Below, in pieces: positions 51,900 to 60,306 of a DNA stretch of 64,000 nucleotides. The stretch spans positions 960,001 to 1,024,000 of the forward strand of contig CAVTBR010000001.1 in assembly GCA_963733055.1 (NCBI GenBank), in the 5' to 3' direction. Each line of letters begins with the position of its first letter. The stretch's first letter is position 1. Source of the DNA: Candidatus Bathyarchaeota archaeon. GTDB lineage: Archaea > Thermoproteota > Bathyarchaeia > 40CM-2-53-6. The notes beneath the pieces were generated by a model that did no database searches, was not told the DNA's origin, and worked only from the letters and a program-made list of their open reading frames with translations. The translations under genes and the position numbers were made by a program.

Positions 51900-52751
51900 T
51901 TAGTGTGAGAGTTTGGGGTAGAATAGGGGCATTCCTTTCTCGCCGACTTCCAACGCCCCTACGTGTGCTCCTCCGAGGTTAGAAAAGAATAGTCTGGTTC
52001 CGTTCGGTTCGAATGCAAGGTTTGTGGGTTGGTTGAGTATTTCTGCGGTTGGGTCCTTGATTAGTAGTTCCACGTTTTGGTCGGGGTAGATTACGTAGAT
52101 CCGGTTCGGGTAATAGCATGAGCAGTAAAGGTTACCGCTAGCCGCGAAAGCCAACCCATCAGGCACCGTCCCTGGGAGCTGCGCGTAGATTTCGGGCCGT
52201 CCGGCTCTTCCGTCACGCTCCAAGGGGATTCTCAGTATGTCAGAGGCGGTGGATTCAATCATGAAAACTGACCCGTCCTTGGGCGAGATAGCTAGGCCGT
52301 TTGCGTAATGCCAGTTACCCCCGATGAGTGAAGTGACTTCGCCATTGGGAGCGACCCGGATGAGTCTGCCGCTGGGCTGCCAGTACTCGCCCGAGTCCGA
52401 GAAGTAATAGTTCCCATCAGCGTCGAAGGATCCATAATTGGGCATCACCAACGGCCCGTCCGGTGCTCCTTTACAGAACGTGGCCACTTCGCCTTTCTGA
52501 TTCACCCTTTGCACGCATCGTTCTCCTGCGTTGCATAAGTAGACGTTGTGGTCTGCATCTGTTGCTACCCCTCCGACGAAGCCTTCCGTTTTCGCTAACT
52601 GCTTCAGATCGAATTTGGGTGGGGTCATAACGTATACCTGGCCCGCGAACCCGCCAGCATACAGCCGCCCATCAGACCCGAAGTTGATGCATTCAGAATG
52701 GTCGAGTCCGGTTCGGATGATTTCGACTTGATGCACGTTGTGGTGAGGCAT
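51900..52751 (-). CDS. SMP-30/gluconolactonase family protein
   Basis: HSEC, PNY, ANGLA, PDGLA, PTNLAF. Confidence 0.9.
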   Translation of the reverse strand: MPHHNVHQVEIIRTGLDHSECINFGSDGRLYAGGFAGQVYVMTPPKFDLKQLAKTEGFVGGVATDADHNVYLCNAGERCVQRVNQKGEVATFCKGAPDGPLVMPNYGSFDADGNYYFSDSGEYWQPSGRLIRVAPNGEVTSLIGGNWHYANGLAISPKDGSVFMIESTASDILRIPLERDGRAGRPEIYAQLPGTVPDGLAFAASGNLYCSCYYPNRIYVIYPDQNVELLIKDPTAEILNQPTNLAFEPNGTRLFFSNLGGAHVGALEVGEKGMPLFYPKLSH

Positions 52752-52897
52752 TGAAAATCGTCTCATAGGTTCTTTCATTCGCATTTGAATCTTTGTCGTC
52801 AGATCCCTTCCCAGGCTCTCGTGACAGAAGGGAACCAAATGGTTTTCATCTTTAACAGCTATAGGGTAAGTTCTGTGATTAGTTTAGGTGAATTTGA

Positions 52898-53662
52898 GTG
52901 AAGCTTCAAGGAAGGGTTGCGGTGATCACCGGGGGAACCGATGGAATCGGAAAGGCGATTGGGATCACATTCGCGAAGGAGGGAGCAAAAGTCATGCTGG
53001 TGGGACGAGATGAGAAGAAGGGTCGAACCGCGTTGGAAGAGGTTAGGAAATTCGGTGAGACTGCTTACTTCAGAGGAGATGTCTCAGATTCTTCGCACGT
53101 TAGAAGGATAGTCGACGAAGTGATTCAGAAATACGGTAGGATAGATATTCTGATCAATAATGCGGCCGTTTGTCCGCCCGGCAATGTTGTGACGACATCC
53201 GAGGAAACTTGGAATCAAGTCATTGACGTGAATTTGAAGGGAGTGTTTCTCTGCAGCAAATACATCATTCCCCATATGCAGAAAACTGGGGGCGGCGCGA
53301 TTGTGAACATCGGCTCGATCAATTCGTTAATGGCTATGGAGAACGAGGCAGCATACGACGCTTCGAAGGGAGGTGTGCTTATGCTTACGAGAGCGATGGC
53401 TCTGGATTTCGCGAAGGCGGGGATTAGGGTCAACTGCATCTGCCCCGGCGCAATCGAGACTCCCATGCTGAAGGCATCGCTTGATACCTCGCCGGATCCG
53501 AAGGCGGCGAGAGAATTGCTCACAGCAAAGCATCCCTTACGACGCACCGGAACTCCGGAGGAGGTAGCGCAGGCGGCTCTCTTCCTCGCAGCCGACGCGT
53601 CTTCATTTGTCACGGGTGCAGTAATTCCGGTAGACGGCGGCATCCTAGCCGGATGGACCTAG
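52898..53662 (+). CDS. Short-chain dehydrogenase/reductase
   Basis: TGGTDGIG, NNAA, YDASK, PG..ETPM, VDGG. Confidence 0.95.
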   Translation: MKLQGRVAVITGGTDGIGKAIGITFAKEGAKVMLVGRDEKKGRTALEEVRKFGETAYFRGDVSDSSHVRRIVDEVIQKYGRIDILINNAAVCPPGNVVTTSEETWNQVIDVNLKGVFLCSKYIIPHMQKTGGGAIVNIGSINSLMAMENEAAYDASKGGVLMLTRAMALDFAKAGIRVNCICPGAIETPMLKASLDTSPDPKAARELLTAKHPLRRTGTPEEVAQAALFLAADASSFVTGAVIPVDGGILAGWT

Positions 53663-53678
53663 AGGGACAGAATCCAGC

Positions 53679-54230
53679 TTGGACTTGGGCGCGATATCCA
53701 ACGACGTTTCCCTAATCAGCTCGATCGCGATTATTCTCGGATCGCTTTTCGTTGTCGTTCAGATTAGGCAGACTAATCGCATGATTCGCGTGGCCGGCCA
53801 GCAGGCGGAAGCCGCTGCGGTTCAAGCTAGGTTGACGACGGAGCAGTTGAAGCAGGATCAAGAACTAGCGAAAATGGACTTGATAATGCGCCTCTACGAA
53901 TTTGCGAACACCGCGGAAGTTCAAGCGGCCTGGCTAACCGTACTCAACGCCAATATCTCCACTTACCAAGACTTCGAGAAACTTGCGAAACCTGACCAGG
54001 TCGCCTTCTTTCAGATTGGAGCACTGTTCGAGTCGCTTGGCGTCTTGGTTCAGAGGGGTATCGTTAAGGTGAACACGATCGCGGATATGTTTCTGCCCCG
54101 CCTTGCATGGGACTCTATGAAACCATTTGTCTCGGGGGCTCGGGAGAAATACGGCGAAGAAGAGAATTACGCCTCATTCCAAAGCCTATACGACAAGGTC
54201 GTCCAATTTGAAAAAGGAGAGACGGGATAG
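53679..54230 (+). CDS. DUF4760-like membrane-anchored protein
   Basis: N-terminal TM helix, coiled coil, FESLGVLVQRG. Confidence 0.7.
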   Translation: MDLGAISNDVSLISSIAIILGSLFVVVQIRQTNRMIRVAGQQAEAAAVQARLTTEQLKQDQELAKMDLIMRLYEFANTAEVQAAWLTVLNANISTYQDFEKLAKPDQVAFFQIGALFESLGVLVQRGIVKVNTIADMFLPRLAWDSMKPFVSGAREKYGEEENYASFQSLYDKVVQFEKGETG

Positions 54231-54241
54231 CTCGAACGTTC

Positions 54242-54433
54242 TCATGCTCTTTGCGGCGTACTTTCAGGGATAGGTTCGGTACCCTTACATTCTTGAATAT
54301 GGGCTGCCGCAGAGCCTTCGTCTTCGAACGTAGCCCCGCACTTTTCGCATTTGAACGTCTGAGGGCCTGGTGACGGAGGCGCAGCAGGAGGCTGAGCGAT
54401 CTCCGTCGCAGGTTCAGATACTGGCAGCGTCAT
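54242..54433 (-). CDS. Small C2H2/C2HC Zn-finger protein
   Basis: FKCEKCGATF......AHIQEC. Confidence 0.75.
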   Translation of the reverse strand: MTLPVSEPATEIAQPPAAPPSPGPQTFKCEKCGATFEDEGSAAAHIQECKGTEPIPESTPQRA

Positions 54434-54572
54434 CGATTCCTCACGACTGAGATCTCTCTCAAGCGGTTCACTTATTCATACTTCCACAAAGTGGAATAAC
54501 GCTCAAAGCCTCACACCACTTTTCGCTATCCGATGGCCCATGAATCTAACTAGTCCGGCCCAAGCGTTTCAA

Positions 54573-54695
54573 ATGTATGTGTGCAGAAATTGTACTCAAG
54601 ATGCATACTACGTTTGCCAGTATTGTGGCCAGTGCCCGCGTTGCTGCAAATGCAGTCGCGACACAAACCCAGAGTACACGCATGCCGGCGACTAA
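54573..54695 (+). CDS. 40-aa Cys-rich microprotein (not in ORF track)
   Basis: MYVCRNCTQDAYYVCQYCGQCPRCCKCSRDTNPEYTHAGD; 8 Cys. Confidence 0.6.
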   Translation: MYVCRNCTQDAYYVCQYCGQCPRCCKCSRDTNPEYTHAGD

Positions 54696-54813
54696 CGCCA
54701 ACCAGCAACTTTCCTAACGAACAACCGCCCCTTCGATGTTCGTCTCTAACTTACCCGGCTCGGAATGCTTGAGTAGAAGACCACTTCATATGGTCGCTGC
54801 TTGGGCGACCCAC

Positions 54814-56446
54814 TTGAACGGAGCGGAACAACTTGTCCAGTGTTTGGAGAATGAGGATACAAGATTTGTTTTCGGCTTGCCCGGAGAAGAGACGATAGAA
54901 ATCAATGAAGCCCTCAGCTCATCTAAGATCCAATTCGTTACTGTTCGGCATGAGCAGGCAGCAGCTTTCATGGCCAGCGTTTACGGGCGCCTCACCGGCC
55001 ATCCAGGCGTATGCTTGGCAACTCTAGGTCCGGGTGCGACAAACCTGGTAACCGGCATCGCGAACGCAAACGTTGACCGCGCACCCATAGTAGCCTTGAC
55101 CGGCCAAGTGGACCAGAGGAAATTCCACAAGGAGTTTCATCAATTCGTAGACATCGTTCACATGTTCGAACCCATCACGAAGTGGACCGCTAGAATTACT
55201 CGCGCCTCCATAATACCTGAAGCGGTTCGCAAATCATTCAAGCTCGCCGAGTCAGAAAAGCCGGGGGCTTGCCATCTTGAGTTTCCACAAGATGTAGTAA
55301 ATGAGGAAGCGATAGGTCATCCTCTACGCCGAACGGAACTCTCGTATCCAGAAGCGGCTCCAGAAGCTCTAAGGAAAGCCGCACAGCTGATTGACGAGGC
55401 CCGCTACCCAATCGTTCTCGCCGGTAATGGAGTTCTTCGGGGAAGAGCAAACGGTGCATTGGAAACGTTCGCTACGAAGCTAGGGGTCCCGGTCGCAGAG
55501 ACGTTTATGGCGAAAGGGGCAATCCCGATGGACAGCGATCTTTCGCTCCTCACGATAGGGTTGCAAGCACGAGACTACGTGGCTTGCGGCTTTGATCGCG
55601 CCGATGTTGTCATTGCGGTTGGATACGATTTCATTGAATACGCTCCTGTAAACTGGAACCCGAACGGTGACAAGCACATAGTCCACGTAGACTTCTCAGC
55701 TTCAGAAACTGACGAATCCTATATTCCGAGCGTCGAAGTTGTCGGGAGCATACGCAGCAGCCTCACCACCCTTGCGGAACTCGCAAAACCAAAACCCAGA
55801 CCCTCAATAAGCGCACTTCGAGAACTCATAATTTCCGAAACCAACCGCGAAGTCCAAGGATCCCTCATTTCCCATTAAACCACAGAGATTGGTCCATGCA
55901 CTGCGTCAGGTTATGGGGGATGACGATGTCATGGTGTGCGATGTCGGGGCTCACAAGCTATGGATCGCTCGCATGTTCCCAACTAACACCCCTAACACCG
56001 TAATCATCTCGAACGGGTTGTCCTCGATGGGCTTCGCCCTACCCGGCGCCCTCGCCGCCAAGCTCGTCCACCCTTCACGGAACATTTTCGCGGTGTGCGG
56101 TGACGGGGGCTTCTTGATGAGCTGTCAAGAGTTGGAGACGGCAAAGCGCCTCGGCCTAAGCATCGTGGTCGTAATTTTCAGGGACAACAGCTATGGTGCC
56201 ATCAAATGGAAACAAATGGAACGCTACGGCAAAGCGTCAGGGGTTGATTTCGGCAACCCCGACTTCGTCGCCTTCGCAAAATCCTTCGGCGCAAATGGCT
56301 TCCGCGTTGACACAGCCCAAGACCTCGTCCCAATTCTCGAAAACGCAAAGAAATCCGACGGACCATCCGTCGTCGACGTGCCGGTCGACTACGAAGAGAA
56401 CCTAATACTGACCAAACACCTGGGCGAATTGATATGCCCGAGATAG
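54814..56446 (+). CDS. ilvB: Acetolactate synthase large subunit (ThDP enzyme); +1 frameshift near 55866
   Basis: FGLPGEE, RHEQAAAF, GPGATN; then FPIKPQR...DVGAH...GDGGF...DNSYG. Confidence 0.9.
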
Positions 56447-56465
56447 CCAGCAATCGGGGCCGTGA

Positions 56466-57272
56466 ATGACTTTGAGAGCCGGGCTTAGCGAGATTATTGG
56501 TGGCATTTCAACAGTCGTCGCGCCCCTAGCAGCGTACTCGACCTACGTGAATTCGATTCCGATTCTTGACGCCCGCACAGCACAGCAACTTGAGACTCTT
56601 GCCTACTCGATGATTCTACTCACGTTGATAGGGATCTCGTTAGGAGTATTCGGACTCCGGCGATTCTTGGGATCTTTCGAAAGAGACAATCCTAGTGATC
56701 ATAGAATGCTGGCAGTGATAGCACGAATGGTCGAACAGGAAAGATATCGGCGAATTATGTTTGCGGTTACATTGATTTATGGTGCGGTCTTCGCAATTCT
56801 CTCGGGAATGATCGTTTATAGTCCGCTTGAGAATTTCGCGGGCGAGTATCTCATACGAGTCCCGTCCGCGATTGTGGCGGTTTGTTGTGGGGACGCGGGT
56901 TTTATTCCCGTGTTGACCGTCTTCGTCACCAACCACTTAGGGCTGCTCCTAATCCCAGCCGACATTCTAATCCTCGTCGTCGTTTCCGGCCTGGTGGGTT
57001 TGAACGCTACCCTGATCGTCTGTCAGTACAACAATAGGCCGCGATCGCCCTCAAGACGATGGTTACTCGGTATGGGTGCGGCTTGCGGATTGTTTTCCGC
57101 ATGCCCAACATGCGCCGGTTTGTTCCTATCCACTCTCATCCTAGGCTTTGGCCCGTCGGTGCTGGTACTGCTTTCCGGTTTGCAGTTCCTCTTCGTATTG
57201 GGAACGGTATTCGCGCTTGTCTTGGGCGTCGGCCTTAGCGCAAGAGTAATCGCCGCTCAGGCACCGCCTTAA
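56466..57272 (+). CDS. Membrane protein with CC and C-x5-C-x2-C motifs
   Basis: About 6 TM helices; VAVCCGD; ACGLFSACPTCAG. Confidence 0.8.
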   Translation: MTLRAGLSEIIGGISTVVAPLAAYSTYVNSIPILDARTAQQLETLAYSMILLTLIGISLGVFGLRRFLGSFERDNPSDHRMLAVIARMVEQERYRRIMFAVTLIYGAVFAILSGMIVYSPLENFAGEYLIRVPSAIVAVCCGDAGFIPVLTVFVTNHLGLLLIPADILILVVVSGLVGLNATLIVCQYNNRPRSPSRRWLLGMGAACGLFSACPTCAGLFLSTLILGFGPSVLVLLSGLQFLFVLGTVFALVLGVGLSARVIAAQAPP

Positions 57273-57342
57273 ATCAGCGTTCCCGTAATTTTTCCACGCA
57301 AACCTATAATAATTAAGAGGACCCAAAACTAGGGTGATCCCT

Positions 57343-57468
57343 ATGCCATCGAAGACCAATGGAAGCTCAAGACTTTACGTTCTCATTGCTGCGGCTATCG
57401 GTGTCTTCATACTCGCAGAATGGGCTAGCGTATTCATTTTTGGGCACGTACCACCAGGTTACCCGTAA
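57343..57468 (+). CDS. 41-aa single-TM protein (not in ORF track)
   Basis: MPSKTNGSSRLYVLIAAAIGVFILAEWASVFIFGHVPPGYP; tataataattaa about 30 nt upstream. Confidence 0.6.
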   Translation: MPSKTNGSSRLYVLIAAAIGVFILAEWASVFIFGHVPPGYP

Positions 57469-57511
57469 GAGCGACCAAAGCAAGATTTTCCGAATTATCT
57501 GCGGCGGTCGT

Positions 57512-58945
57512 CTACTCGTTAATTTGGATACGAACGTATATGCCTCGATTAATGAATCCGTCCGTCACGGTTACGAGTAGTATGTAACTTCCTGGCACCG
57601 GCGTTGACTCGGTTTTAATCGCGAGGATAAGACTGGTCTGATTGTTTAGCAGTTTGACTTCAGCGACGTTCGCGTTCATCGTAATCCTGTTGGGAAGCGA
57701 TGTGAAGTTCTCAGTGTCAGCGAACTTAAGTGACAGCGGGCGGCTGGAAAAGCCGCTGACTGTGAAATTTAAAGTAACATTATCCCCCGGCCTCAGCTCT
57801 ATCGGCTGGTTTTCTCCACTCCCACTTATCGAAAAGTTTGGTCTATACGTAGCGTCAACATATCCTACGTAGTTTGCTGTTAACTCTGTGAACCATACCT
57901 TATCCTTCCCTAAAGCGAAGGTTAGCGCGTTATCGATTTGAAGGGTCTTATTGGCGGGGGGGTTAGAGAGGCTATATTCGGTTAATAGTCCTCGGTCTGT
58001 GTCGATGACGGCCATGCGGTTCGCGTAGTGCTCGTTGAACCAGACTAGGGAGCCGTTCGCAGCCACAAAATACGGCAAGGTTGAGTCGATGTACGGGACG
58101 GGAGTAGTGGGGAACTGGGACCAAACGTGTGTTGCGAAGTTGTAGTATGCAAGGTTCGAGGACGCGTGCTGAGCCACCCACAAGCCATTAGCAACTAACG
58201 CCAGGCTTGATGCAGCTAGCGGTCTGAAGTTTCCACCAAATGGTTGAGGGGCGAATTGTGTCGTGCTAAAAGATAGGACTTGACCGAGACCATTTGTTGC
58301 ATTGCCGGCGTCAACATAGTATCCGAAGGTGCTGTTTTCGAATTCAATCTGAGTAGGTGTACCACCCAAATTCGACGGTATCGGATACTCCGCGAGTGCG
58401 CATTTCGCATCGATTCGGCCAAGTTTTGAACCGTACAGTTCCGTAAACCACATCGCGTCATCCATTCCGACAGTTATAGTGTAAGGGAAGGCGCTAGGGT
58501 TGCTGAGCTTAACCGCGAAAACGGATGCCGTGGTTGGGTCCAGGCTTATGATTTGCGCGCCTAGAGCATCGCTAGCCCATATTCTTCCGTTCCACTGGGC
58601 TACGCCCCAGATGCTGGTGGTGGATGGAGAATAGTTGATGGGCCAAGCGTACTCTACCATCGTTCCGTTCTCGAACAAGTGACCAATCCCGGGGACATCC
58701 TGTTCTCCAAACCATACTGAGCCATCTGAGGCCATCGCTATGCCGTTCGGAAATTCGTCGTCTGGAAGCTTAAACTTCGTAACGCCGTTGAAGTGCACAC
58801 TTGGTAACTTGAATTGCGAAACACTTGCAGGGCCCAATTTTACGCCACAAGACGGTGCGACAGTAAACACGAAGGCTACGTAGAGAAGGGAAGCACTCAG
58901 TAACGCTACGAGTCCAATTGCATAGACCGTTCTTTTCCCAAGCAC
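57512..58945 (-). CDS. Membrane-anchored Vgb-lyase-like beta-propeller with C-terminal Ig-like domain
   Basis: DGSVWFGE, MWFTE, VWFNEH and VWFTE blades. Confidence 0.85.
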   Translation of the reverse strand: MLGKRTVYAIGLVALLSASLLYVAFVFTVAPSCGVKLGPASVSQFKLPSVHFNGVTKFKLPDDEFPNGIAMASDGSVWFGEQDVPGIGHLFENGTMVEYAWPINYSPSTTSIWGVAQWNGRIWASDALGAQIISLDPTTASVFAVKLSNPSAFPYTITVGMDDAMWFTELYGSKLGRIDAKCALAEYPIPSNLGGTPTQIEFENSTFGYYVDAGNATNGLGQVLSFSTTQFAPQPFGGNFRPLAASSLALVANGLWVAQHASSNLAYYNFATHVWSQFPTTPVPYIDSTLPYFVAANGSLVWFNEHYANRMAVIDTDRGLLTEYSLSNPPANKTLQIDNALTFALGKDKVWFTELTANYVGYVDATYRPNFSISGSGENQPIELRPGDNVTLNFTVSGFSSRPLSLKFADTENFTSLPNRITMNANVAEVKLLNNQTSLILAIKTESTPVPGSYILLVTVTDGFINRGIYVRIQINE

Positions 58946-59006
58946 TTTTCTCGCCCGTCATGCTCCAATAAGGAAATAATATGGATCTGCTCAGAGCTAA
59001 CTGAGG

Positions 59007-59471
59007 TTGGCCCTACTGAATAAACTAGTTGCGGTCGCTATTTTGGCCGCGATTCTTGTAGGGTCCGTTGTAAGTTATTATTGGCCCTCACTGAACACAC
59101 CAGCAAACCAGCCTCTCACCACGCAAAAAACAGCGTGCGTAAAGCCGCCGGGTTACTTTTTGATAGTCGCCGACCTATCAGGGTTCAATGACAGCGTCGA
59201 TCATATTGAAAAGTCGCCGAACGAACCCTGGCCTGTCATACGGGTTAGTAGAGGGGATCGGGTCAACATCCTTGTCTGTGACTTGGATGATTACTCTCCG
59301 CACGGGTTCTCGATTCAACATTATTTCGATGTGGGTGTCGCCCTAATGCCACATGACTCATATCGTATCTCTTTCATAGCGGATGAGGATGGCACATTCA
59401 TCATGTATTGCAATATATTCTGCCCCGTACACCCTTACATGCAACAGGGCGAACTGATCGTAACAGGTTAG
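59007..59471 (+). CDS. Membrane-anchored cupredoxin with CuA-like motif
   Basis: HGFSI...YCNIFCPVHPYM. Confidence 0.85.
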   Translation: MALLNKLVAVAILAAILVGSVVSYYWPSLNTPANQPLTTQKTACVKPPGYFLIVADLSGFNDSVDHIEKSPNEPWPVIRVSRGDRVNILVCDLDDYSPHGFSIQHYFDVGVALMPHDSYRISFIADEDGTFIMYCNIFCPVHPYMQQGELIVTG

Positions 59472-59515
59472 CGAGATTCGCGGTCGTTGCGTTCCTTAAG
59501 CCGCTAACTAGAGGA

Positions 59516-60001
59516 CTAAGATGACGGGGGAGGGGAAGCAACCACTGTTATTGTACCGTGCATGTATGCGGGATGGAACTGGCAATGGTAAGGGTAGACT
59601 CCCGGAGTGGTGAAGACGATTGGGGAGGATGAAGACAAGCCGGATATGTCGCCCGTGTCGAAGCTGAATGAGTCTCCTGGGTTTGAGGTTATTGTATGGT
59701 CGGCCGTGTCCGCATTCTTCATCACGAGCGTATTATTGACACCGATTACGAGCACAATGTTCGCGGGGGCGAAGTTGATCTCAGCGATTCCAGCACCTGA
59801 TGGTGCGATTATGAAAACCTGTGCGCCCGGTATTCCCTGAGGTCCAGGGCCACCGCCCGGTCCACCGGTCGGTCCAACGTTCGGTTGCGGTGCAACGTAT
59901 CTTGGTTGAAGACCGGGGACGAGGAGGACTGTTGCGATCGAAATTGCTATGAGGAGGCCGGCAACCGACAAGACTGCTAAAGCGGGCCTATTTGCTTTCA
60001 T
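59516..60001 (-). CDS. Membrane-anchored blue copper protein (plastocyanin/azurin-like)
   Basis: DHTIT...YHCQFHPAYMHG, a type-1 Cu site. Confidence 0.9.
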   Translation of the reverse strand: MKANRPALAVLSVAGLLIAISIATVLLVPGLQPRYVAPQPNVGPTGGPGGGPGPQGIPGAQVFIIAPSGAGIAEINFAPANIVLVIGVNNTLVMKNADTADHTITSNPGDSFSFDTGDISGLSSSSPIVFTTPGVYPYHCQFHPAYMHGTITVVASPPPSS

Positions 60002-60029
60002 TTCTTCATGTTCACTCAAAGATATCCCT

Positions 60030-60293
60030 TCAATGAGCAAGCGACGCTGTCCAGATTAAAATCAGATCGCCAACGAAGAAGAGCGTCGTTAGCAGAAAGA
60101 AGCTCTCCCACCTCGGCTGATACTTCAGTTCCATGTAGAACATTACCACAGCGGCGGCGACGGTGATCGCTATCCCTCCAATCACTGTATCGCGTAACGC
60201 CCAGCTGTTGGGAAGCATGTAAGAGACGATTACTTCAAGGACGGTCGCGAGAAGTATGTAGACCCAAACTATGATCATGCTCACTATGCGCAT
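60030..60293 (-). CDS. Heme-copper oxidase subunit IV
   Basis: 3 TM helices, FYMELKY motif, position in the operon. Confidence 0.8.
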   Translation of the reverse strand: MRIVSMIIVWVYILLATVLEVIVSYMLPNSWALRDTVIGGIAITVAAAVVMFYMELKYQPRWESFFLLTTLFFVGDLILIWTASLAH

Positions 60294-60306
60294 ATCGATC
60301 TCCTCC

